This document shows, in pieces, positions 28,501 through 39,800 of a stretch of 64,000 nt of DNA. Numbering within the stretch: the first letter of the stretch is position 1; each line of letters opens with the position of its first letter. A program made the translations under genes and the position numbers. The notes under the pieces are model-generated. The model saw only the letters and a list, made by a program, of their open reading frames with translations, ran no database searches and was not told the DNA's origin. The DNA comes from Gordius albopunctatus (taxonomy: Eukaryota): contig OZ193910.1 of the NCBI GenBank assembly GCA_964276515.1, positions 8,060,001 through 8,124,000 of the forward strand. Direction: 5' to 3'.

Positions 28501-31500
28501 TTTAAAGGAATTCACCTCTTATACCGAAAACTTTCATGAGAGCTATATGGTTGAACAAAAAAATAGAAAAAATTTTGAGGTCGAAAAAATTATTATTTTT
28601 CATATTCTTTCGAAAGGGAGATGAAAAAATCTCTAAAGTTAGTAAATATTCTTAGCATTTTGTCCTTGTTAGAATCTTGATAGGAATATATGCGTGGGGG
28701 GATGTTTGAGATTGAGAGAAATTAAAATTTTCGTGTTACGTTTATATTGTTTCAATATCGCTTTATAAGCGTGTCTCTAGTTTTAGTGAAACAAGCTCTA
28801 TGTGATCGTGATTTAGAGTTAATAATTTTTGATGACTGATCAAAAAAATGTTTTTAAAGGAATTCACCTCTTATACCGAAAACTTTCATGAGAGCTATAT
28901 GGTTGAACAAAAAAATTGAAAAAATTTTGAGGTCGAAAAAATTATTATTTTTCATATTCTTTCGAAAGGGAGATGAAAAAATCTTTAAAAGTTAGTAAAT
29001 ATTCTTAGCATTTTGTCCTTGTTAGAATCTTGATAGGAATTTATCCTTGGGGGGATGTTTGAGATTGAGAGAAATTAAAATTTTCGTATGCGTTTATATT
29101 GTTTCAATATCGCTTTATAAGCGTGTCTCTAGTTTTAGTGAAACAAGCTCTATGTGATCGTGATTTAGAGTTAATAATTTTTGATGACTGATCAAAAAAA
29201 TGTTTTTCAAGGAATTCACCTCTTATACCGAAAACTTTCATGAGAGCTATATGGTTGAACAAAAAATTGAAAAAATTTTGAGGTCGAAAAAATTATTATT
29301 TTTCATATTCTTTCGAAAGGGAGATGAAAAAATCTTTAAAAGTTAGTAAATATTCTTAGCATGTTGTCCTTGTTAGAATCTTGACAGAAATTTAGGCGTG
29401 GGGGGATGTTTTAGATTGAGAGAAATTAAAATTTAGGTGTTGCGTTTATATTGTTTCAATATCGCTTTATAAGCGTGTCTCTAGTTTTAGTGAAACAAGC
29501 TCTATGCGATCGTGATTTAGAGTTAATAATTTTTGATGACTGATCAAAAAAATGTTTTTAAAGGAATTCACCTCTTATACCGAAAACTTTCATGAGAGCT
29601 ATATGGTTGAACAAAAAAATAGAAAAAATTTTGAGGTCGAAAAAATTATTATTTTTCATATTCTTTCGAAAGGGAGATAAAAAAATCTTTAAAAGTTAGT
29701 AAATATTCTTAGAATTTTGTCCTTGTTAGAATCTTGATAGGAATTTTTGCGTTGGCGATGTTTGAGATTGAGAGAAATTAAAATTTTCGTGCTGCGTTTA
29801 GTTTGTTTCAATATCGCTTTATAAGCGTGTCTCTAGTTTTAGTGAAACAAGCTCTATGCGATCGTGATTTACAGTTAATAATTTTTGATGACTGATCAAA
29901 AAAATGTTTTTCAAGGAATTCACCTCTTATACCGAAAACTTTCATGAGAGCTATATGGTTGAACAAAAAAATTGAAAAAATTTTGAGGTCGAAAAAAATA
30001 TTATTTTTCAAATTCTTTCGAAAGGAGATGAAAAAATCTTTAAAAGTTATTAAATATTCTTAGCATTTTGTCCTTGTTAGAATCTTGATAGGAATTTTTG
30101 CGTGGGGGGATGTTTGAGATTGAGAGAAATTAAAATTTTCGTGTTGCGTTTAGATTGATTCAATTTCGCTTTATAAGCGTGTCTCTAGTTTTAGTGAAAC
30201 AAGCTCTATGCGATCGTGATTTAGAGTTAATAATTTTTGATGACTGATCAAAAAAATGTTTTTCAAGGAATTCACCTCCTATACGGAAAACTTTCATGAG
30301 TGCTATATGGTTGAACAAAAAAAATTAAAACAATTTTGAGGTCGAAAAAATTATTATTTTTCATATTCTTTCGAAAGGGAGATGAAAAAATCTTTAAAAG
30401 TTAGTAAATATTCTTAGCATTTTGTCCTTGTTAGAATCTTGATAGGAATTTATCCTTGGGGGGATGTTTGAGATTGAGAGAAATTAAAATTTTCGTGTTG
30501 CGTTTATATTGTTTCAATATCGCTTTATAAGCGTGTCTCTAGTTTTAGTGAAACAAGCTCTATGCGATCGTGATTTAGAGTTAATAATTTTTGATGACTG
30601 ATCAAAAAAATGTTTTTAAAGGAATTCACCTCTTATACCGAAAACTTTCATGAGAGCTATATGGTTGAACAAAAAAATTGAAAAAATTTTGAGGTCGAAA
30701 AAATTATTATTTTTCATATTCTTTCGAAAGGGAGATGAAAAAATCTTTAAAGTTAGTAAATATTCTTAGCATTTTGTCCTTGTTAGAATCTTGATAGGAA
30801 TATATGCGTGGGGGGATGTTTGAGATTGAGAGAAATTAAAATTTTCGTGTTACGTTTATATTGTTTCAATATCGCTTTATAAGCGTGTCTCTAGTTTTAG
30901 TGAAACAAGCTCTATGCGATCGTGATTTAGAGTTAATAATTTTTGATGACTGATCAAAAAAATGTTTTTCAAAGAATTCACCTCTTATACCGAAAACTTT
31001 CATGAGAGCTATATGGTTGAACAAAAAATTGAAAAAATTTTGAGGTCGAAAAAATTATTATTTTTCATATTCTTTCGAAAGGGAGATGAAAAAATCTTTA
31101 AAAGTTAGTAAATATTCTTAGCATTTTGTCCTTGTTAGAATCTTGACAGAAATTTAGGCGTGGGGGGATGTTTTAGATTGAGAGAAATTAAAATTTAGGT
31201 GTTGCGTTTATATTGTTTCAATATCGCTTTATAAGCGTGTCTCTAGTTTTAGTGAAACAAGCTCTATGCGATCGTGATTTAGAGTTAATAATTTTTGATG
31301 ACTGATCAAAAAAATGTTTTTAAAGGAATTCACCTCTTATACCGAAAACTTTCATGAGAGCTATATGGTTGAACAAAAAAATAGAAAAAATTTTGAGGTC
31401 GAAAAAATTATTATTTTTCATATTCTTTCGAAAGGGAGATAAAAAAATCTTTAAAAGTTAGTAAATATTCTTAGCATTTTGTCCTTGTTAGAATCTTGAC

Positions 31501-34500
31501 AGAAATTTATGCGTAGGGGGATGTTTTAGATTGAGAGAAATTAAAATTTTCGTGCTGCGTTTAGTTTGTTTCAATATCGCTTTATAAGCGTGTCTCTAGT
31601 TTTAGTGAAACAAGCTCTATGCGATCGTGATTTACAGTTAATAATTTTTGATGACTGATCAAAAAAATGTTTTTCAATGAATTCACCTCTTATACCGAAA
31701 ACTTTCATGAGAGCTATATGGTTGAACAAAAAAATTGAAAAAATTTTGAGGTCGAAAAAAATATTATTTTTCAAATTCTTTCGAAAGGGAGATGAAAAAA
31801 TCTTTAAAAGTTAGTAAATATTCTTAGCATTTTGTCCTTGTTAGAATCTTGACAGAAATTTAGGCGTGGGGGGATGTTTTAGATTGAGAGAAATTAAAAT
31901 TTAGGTGTTGCGTTTATATTGTTTCAATATCGCTTTATAAGCGTGTCTCTAGTTTTAGTGAAACAAGCTCTATGCGATCGTGATTTAGAGTTAATAATTT
32001 TTGATGACTGATCAAAAAAATGTTTTTAAAGGAATTCACCTCTTATACCGAAAACTTTCATGAGAGCTATATGGTTGAACAAAAAAATTGAAAAAATTTT
32101 GAGGTCGAAAAAATTATTATTTTTCATATTCTTTCGAAAGGGAGATGAAAAAATCTTTAAAAGTTAGTAAATATTCTTAGCATTTTGTCCTTGTTAGAAT
32201 CTTGATAGGAATTTATATTTGGGGGGATGTTTGAGATTGAGAGAAATTAAAATTTTCGTATGCGTTTATATTGTTTCAATATCGCTTTATAAGCGTGTCT
32301 CTAGTTTTAGTGAAACAAGCTCTATGTGATCGTGATTAAGAGTTAATAATTTTTGATGACTGATCAAAAAAATGTTTTTCAAGGAATTCACCTCTTATAC
32401 CGAAAACTTTCATGAGAGCTATATGGTTGAACAAAAAAATTGAAAAAATTTTGAGGTCGAAAAAATTATTATTTTTCATATTCTTTCGAAAGGGAGATGA
32501 AAAAATCTTTAAAAGTTAGTAAATATTCTTAGCATTTTGTCCTCGTTAGAATCTTGATAGGAATTTATGCGTGGGGGGATGTTTTAGATTGAGAGAAATT
32601 AAAATTTAGGTGTTGCGTTTATATTGTTTCAATATCGCTTTATAAGCGTGTCTCTAGTTTTAGTGAAACAAGCTCTATGCGATCGTGATTTAGAGTTAAT
32701 AATTTTTGATGACTGATCAAAAAAATGTTTTTCAAGGAATTCACCTCTTATACCGAAAACTTTCATGAGAGCTATATGGTTGAACAAAAAAATTGAAAAA
32801 ATTTTGAGGTCGAAAAAATTATTATTTTTCATATTCTTTCGAAAGGGAGATGAAAAAATCTTTAAAAGTTAGTAAATATTCTTAGCATTTTGTCCTTGTT
32901 AGAATCTTGATAGGAATTTATCCTTGGGGGGATGTTTGAGATTGAGAGAAATTAAAATTTTCGTATTGCGTTTATATTGTTTCAATATCGCTTTATAAGC
33001 GTGTCTCTAGTTTTAGTGAAACAAGCTCTATGCGATCGTGATTTAGAGTTAATAATTTTTGATGACTGATCAAAAAAATGTTTTTCAAGGAATTCACCTC
33101 TTATACCGAAAACTTTCATGAGAGCTATATGGTTGAACAAAAAATTGAAAAAATTTTGAGGTCGAAAAAATTATTATTTTTCATATTCTTTCGAAAGGGA
33201 GATGAAAAAATCTTTAAAAGTTAGTAAATATTCTTAGCATTTTGTCCTTGTTAGAATCTTGACAGAAATTTAGGCGTGGGGGGATGTTTTAGATTGAGAG
33301 AAATTAAAATTTAGGTGTTGCGTTTATATTGTTTCAATATCGCTTTATAAGCGTGTCTCTAGTTTTAGTGAAACAAGCTCTATGCGATCGTGATTTAGAG
33401 TTAATAATTTTTGATGACTGATCAAAAAAATGTTTTTAAAGGAATTCACCTCTTATACCGAAAACTTTCATGAGAGCTATATGGTTGAACAAAAAAATTG
33501 AAAAAATTTTGAGGTCGAAAAAATTATTATTTTTCATATTCTTTCGAAAGGGAGATGAAAAAATCTTTAAAAGTTAGTAAATATTCTTAGCATTTTGTCC
33601 TTGTTAGAATCTTGATAGGAATTTATATTTGGGGGGATGTTTGAGATTGAGAGAAATTAAAATTTTCGTATGCGTTTATATTGTTTCAATATCGCTTTAT
33701 AAGCGTGTCTCTAGTTTTAGTGAAACAAGCTCTATGTGATCGTGATTAAGAGTTAATAATTTTTGATGACTGATCAAAAAAATGTTTTTAAAGGAATTCA
33801 CCTCTTATACCGAAAACTTTCATGAGAGCTATATGGTTGAACAAAAAATTGAAAAAATTTTGAGGTCGAAAAAATTATTATTTTTCATATTCTTTCGAAA
33901 GGGAGATGAAAAAATCTTTAAAGTTAGTAAATATTCTTAGCATTTTGTCCTTGTTAGAATCTTGATAGGAATATATGCGTGGGGGGATGTTTGAGATTGA
34001 GAGAAATTAAAATTTTCGTGTTACGTTTATATTGTTTCAATATCGCTTTATAAGCGTGTCTCTAGTTTTAGTGAAACAAGCTCTATGCGATCGTGATTTA
34101 GAGTTAATAATTTTTGATGACTGATCAAAAAAATGTTTTTCAAAGAATTCACCTCTTATACCGAAAACTTTCATGAGAGCTATATGGTTGAACAAAAAAT
34201 TGAAAAAATTTTGAGGTCGAAAAAATTATTATTTTTCATATTCTTTCGAAAGGGAGATGAAAAAATCTTTAAAAGTTAGTAAATATTCTTAGCATTTTGT
34301 CCTTGTTAGAATCTTGACAGAAATTTAGGCGTGGGGGGATGTTTTAGATTGAGAGAAATTAAAATTTAGGTGTTGCGTTTATATTGTTTCAATATCGCTT
34401 TATAAGCGTGTCTCTAGTTTTAGTGAAACAAGCTCTATGCGATCGTGATTTAGAGTTAATAATTTTTGATGACTGATCAAAAAAATGTTTTTAAAGGAAT

Positions 34501-36840
34501 TCACCTCTTATACCGAAAACTTTCATGAGAGCTATATGGTTGAACAAAAAAATAGAAAAAATTTTGAGGTCGAAAAAATTATTATTTTTCATATTCTTTC
34601 GAAAGGGAGATAAAAAAATCTTTAAAAGTTAGTAAATATTCTTAGCATTTTGTCCTTGTTAGAATCTTGATAGGAATTTATATTTGGGGGGATGTTTGAG
34701 ATTGAGAGAAATTAAAATTTTCGTATGCGTTTTATATTGTTTCAATATCGCTTTATAAGCGTGTCTCTAGTTTTAGTGAAACAAGCTCTATGTGATCGTG
34801 ATTTAGAGTTAATAATTTTTGATGACTGATCAAAAAAATGTTTTTCAAGGAATTCACCTCTTATACCGAAAACTTTCATGAGAGCTATATGGTTGAACAA
34901 AAAATTGAAAAAATTTTGAGGTCGAAAAAATTATTATTTTTCATATTCTTTCGAAAGGGAGATGAAAAAATCTTTAAAGTTAGTAAATATTCTTAGCATT
35001 TTGTCCTTGTTAGAATCTTGATAGGAATATATGCGTGGGGGGATGTTTGAGATTGAGAGAAATTAAAATTTTCGTGTTACGTTTATATTGTTTCAATATC
35101 GCTTTATAAGCGTGTCTCTAGTTTTAGTGAAACAAGCTCTATGCGATCGTGATTTAGAGTTAATAATTTTTGATGACTGATCAAAAAAATGTTTTTCAAA
35201 GAATTCACCTCTTATACCGAAAACTTTCATGAGAGCTATATGGTTGAACAAAAAATTGAAAAAATTTTGAGGTCGAAAAAATTATTATTTTTCATATTCT
35301 TTCGAAAGGGAGATGAAAAAATCTTTAAAAGTTAGTAAATATTCTTAGCATTTTGTCCTTGTTAGAATCTTGATAGGAATTTATATTTGGGGGGATGTTT
35401 GAGATTGAGAGAAATTAAAATTTTCGTATGCGTTTATATTGTTTCAATATCGCTTTATAAGCGTGTCTCTAGTTTTAGTGAAACAAGCTCTATGTGATCG
35501 TGATTTAGAGTTAATAATTTTTGATGACTGATCAAAAAAATGTTTTTCAAGGAATTCACCTCTTATACCGAAAACTTTCATGAGAGCTATATGGTTGAAC
35601 AAAAAATTGAAAAAATTTTGAGGTCGAAAAAATTATTATTTTTCATATTCTTTCGAAAGGGAGATGAAAAAATCTTTAAAGTTAGTAAATATTCTTAGCA
35701 TTTTGTCCTTGTTAGAATCTTGACAGAAATTTAGGCGTGGGGGGATGTTTTAGATTGAGAGAAATTAAAATTTAGGTGTTGCGTTTATATTGTTTCAATA
35801 TCGCTTTATAAGCGTGTCTCTAGTTTTAGTGAAACAAGCTCTATGCGATCGTGATTTAGAGTTAATAATTTTTGACGACTGATCAAAAAAATGTTTTTAA
35901 AGGAATTCACCTCTTATACCGAAAACTTTCATGAGAGCTATATGGTTGAACAAAAAAATAGAAAAAATTTTGAGGTCCAAAAAAATTATTATTTTTCATA
36001 TTCTTTCGAAAGGGAGATGAAAAAATCTTTAAATGTTAGTAAATATTCTTAGCATTTTGTCCTTGTTAGAATCTTGAAAGGAATTTATGCGTGGGGGGAT
36101 GTTTTAGATTGAGAGAAATTAAAATTTAGGTGTTGCGTTTATATTGTTTCAATATCGCTTTATAATCGAGCTCTATGCGATCGTGATTTAGAGTTAATAA
36201 TTTTTGATGACTGATCAAAAAAATGTTTTTCAAGGAATTCATCTCTTATACCGAAAACTTTCATGAGAGCTATATGGTTGAACAAAAAAATTGAAAAAAT
36301 TTTGAGGTCGAAAAAATAATATTTTTCATATTTTTTCGAAAGGGAGATGAAAAAATCTTTAAAAGTTAGTAAATATTCTTAGCATTTTGTCCTTGTTAGA
36401 ATATTGATAGGAATTTATGCGTGGGGGGATGTTTTAGATTGAGAGAAATTAAAGTTTCGTGTTGCGTTTAGATTGTTTCAATATCGCTTTATAAGCGTGT
36501 CTCTAGTTTTAGTGAAACAAGCTCTATGCGATCGTGATTTAGAGTTAATAATTTTTGATGACTGATCAAAAAAATGTTTTTCAAGCAATTCACCTGTTAT
36601 ACCGAAAACTTTCATGAGAGCTATATGGTTGAACAAAAAAATTGAAAAAATTTTGAGGTCGAAAAAAATATTATTTTTCAAATTCTTTCGAAAGGATGAT
36701 GAAAAAATCTTTAAAAGTTAGTAAATATTCTTAGCATTTTGTCCTTGTTAGAATATTGATAGAAATTTATGCGTGGGGGGATGTTTTAGATTGAGAGAAA
36801 TTAAAATTTAGGTGTTGCGTTTATATTGTTTCAATATCGC

Positions 36841-36870
36841 TTTATAAGCGTGTAACCATATTCATCCAAT
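36841..36870. other. Direct A/B array junction with orientation switch
   Basis: The sequence reads tttataagcgtgt|aaccatattcatccaat. A stops at monomer offset 204 (counted from window base 1) and B starts at the homologue of A offset 334 on the opposite strand. No inserted bases are visible. Confidence 0.95.
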
Positions 36871-39800
36871 GAAAGTTTTATTTTCCGACCTGATTTCCAT
36901 GATAAAAAGTTAAAATTTATCAGAATTAGAGAACTATTATTTGAAATCATCATCGCATAGAGCATGTTTCAAAAATTAAGCACTCACGTTGCGATACAAC
37001 AAACTAATCGCAACAATATAACGTTGACTTTTCTCAAAATGATTGTTCTCGCAACTTTAAACTTCTTATATGGAGTCGATCGAGAATAATAGGACTCTCA
37101 AATTAGCTTACTTTTATATATTTTATCAAGCTCTTTTACATAAAATAACACAAATTATATTTATTTAGCTCCGAATAATTCACAATTTTTTCCTTTCAAC
37201 CATATTTAACCAATGAAAGTTGTTATTTTCCGACCTGATTTCCATGATAAAAAGTTAAAATTTATCAGAATTAGAAAACTATTACTTTTAAATCATCATC
37301 GCATAGAGCATGTTTCAAAAATTAAGCACTCACTTTGCGATACAACAAACTAATCGCAACAATATAACGTTGTCTTTTCTCAAAATGATTGTTCTCGCAG
37401 CTTAAAAATTCTTATAAGGAGTCGATCGAGAATAATAGGATTCTCAAATGAGCTTACTTTTATATATTTTTTCAAGCTCTTTTAGATAAAATAACAAAAA
37501 ATATATTTTTTTAGGTTAAAATACTTCACAATTTTTTCCTTTCAACAATATTCAACCGATGAAAGTTTTTATTTTCAGACGTGATTTCCATGATAAAAAG
37601 TTAAAATTTATCAGAATTAGAGAACTATTATTTGAAATCATCATCGCATAGAGAATGTTTCAAAAATTAAGCACTCACTTTGCGATACAACAAACTAATC
37701 GCAACAATATAACGTTCTCCTTTCCTCAAAATGATTGTTCTCGCAGCTTAAAAATTCTTATAAGGAGTCGATCGAGAAAAATAGGATTCTCAAATTAGCT
37801 TACTTTTATATATTTTTTCAAGCTCTTTTACATAAAATAACAAAAAATATATTTTTTCAGGTTAAAATAATTCACAATTTTTTCCTTTCAAACATATTCA
37901 TCCGATGAAAGTTGTTTTTTTCAGACGTGATTTCCATGATAAAAAGTTAAAATTTATCAGAATTAGAGAACTATTACTTTGAAATCATCCTCGCATAGAG
38001 CATGTTTCAAAAATTAAGCACTCACGTTGCGATACAACAAACTAATCGCAACAATATAACGTTGACTTTTCTCAAAATGATTGTTCTCGCAACTTTAAAC
38101 TTCTTATAAGGAGTCGATCGAGAATAATAGGATTCTCAAATTAGCTTATTTTTATATATTTTATCAAGCTCTTTTATATAAAATAATAAAAAATATATTA
38201 TTTAGCTCCGAATAACTCACAATTTTTTCCATTCAACCATATTCATCCAATGAAAGTTTTATTTTCCGACCTGATTTCCATGATAAAAAGTTAAAATTTA
38301 TCAGAATTAGAGAACTATTACTTTGAAATCATCCTCGCATAGAGCATGTTTCAAAAATTAAGCAATCACTTTGCGATACAACAAACTAATCGCAACAATA
38401 TAACGTTGACTTTTCTCAAAATGATTGTTCTCGCAACTTTAAACTTCTTATAAGGAGTCGATCGAGAATAATAGGATTCTCAAATTAGCTTATTTTTATA
38501 TATTTTATCAAGCTCTTTTATATAAAATAATAAAAAATATATTATTTAGCTCCGAATAACTCACAATTTTTTCCATTCAACCATATTCATCCAATGAAAG
38601 TTTTATTTTCCGACCTGATTTCCATGATAAAAAGTTAAAATTTATCAGAATTAGAGAACTATTACTTTGAAATCATCCTCGCATAGAGCATGTTTCAAAA
38701 ATTAAGCACTCACGTTGCGATACAACAAACTAATCGCAACAATATAACGTTGACTTTTCTCAAAATGATTGTTCTCGCAACTTTAAACTTCTTATAAGGA
38801 GTCGATCGAGAATAATAGGATTCTCAAATTAGCTTATTTTTATATATTTTATCAAGCTCTTTTATATAAAATAATAAAAAATATATTATTTAGCTCCGAA
38901 TAACTCACAATTTTTTCCATTCAACCATATTCATCCAATGAAAGTTTTATTTTCCGACCTGATTTCCATGATAAAAAGTTAAAATTTATCAGAATTAGAG
39001 AACTATTACTTTGAAATCATCCTCGCATAGAGCATGTTTCAAAAATTAAGCAATCACTTTGCGATACAACAAACTAATCGCAACAATATAACGTTGACTT
39101 TTCTCAAAATGATTGTTCTCGCAACTTTAAACTTCTTATAAGGAGTCGATCGAGAATAATAGGATTCTCAAATTAGCTTATTTTTATATATTTTATCAAG
39201 CTCTTTTATATAAAATAATAAAAAATATATTATTTAGCTCCGAATAACTCACAATTTTTTCCATTCAACCATATTCATCCAATGAAAGTTTTATTTTCCG
39301 ACCTGATTTCCATGATAAAAAGTTAAAATTTATCAGAATTAGAGAACTATTACTTTGAAATCATCCTCGCATAGAGCATGTTTCAAAAATTAAGCACTCA
39401 CGTTGCGATACAACAAACTAATCGCAACAATATAACGTTGACTTTTCTCAAAATGATTGTTCTCGCAACTTTAAACTTCTTATAAGGAGTCGATCGAGAA
39501 TAATAGGATTCTCAAATTAGCTTATTTTTATATATTTTATCAAGCTCTTTTATATAAAATAATAAAAAATATATTATTTAGCTCCGACTAACTCACAATT
39601 TTTTCCATTCAACCATATTCATCCAATGAAAGTTTTATTTTCCGACCTGATTTCCATGATAAAAAGTTAAAATTTATCAGAATTAGAGAACTATTACTTT
39701 GAAATCATCCTCGCATAGAGCATGTTTCAAAAATTAAGCAATCACTTTGCGATACAACAAACTAATCGCAACAATATAACGTTGTCTTTTCTCAAAATGA

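Larger units (their letters stand above)
1..36853. repeat. Satellite array A: about 104 tandem copies of a 353-bp AT-rich monomer (open at the left window edge)
   Basis: attttgaggtcgaaaaaatt recurs at 1, 354, 707 and onward. ORF-track starts step by 353 (182, 535, 888, 1241), with some 351/352/354 units. Most monomers have one EcoRI site (gaattc), one G6 tract and the palindrome ctttcgaaag. The last unit is truncated after ...ctttataagcgtgt at 36853. Confidence 0.99.

Noticed and set aside
182..36681. Repeated 67-aa minus-strand ORF (MKNNNFFDLK...) as a tandem gene family
   Set aside because: It is simply part of the satellite monomer. It is listed in only 66 of about 104 units and is broken by stops and frameshifts in the rest, mostly beyond 26 kb. 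No equivalent ORF is listed in homologous array B. The F/K/I/N-rich composition reflects AT-rich DNA and no domain is recognisable.
1..36853. Drosophila 1.688 (353/356/359-bp) satellite, suggested by the monomer length
   Set aside because: Only the length agrees. I do not recognise the 1.688 consensus here. A BLAST search would be needed to assign any family.
36000..37700. Stable giant cruciform or transposon terminal inverted repeats at the junction
   Set aside because: The arms are too diverged and gapped for extended pairing, and there is no transposase, target-site duplication or element boundary.
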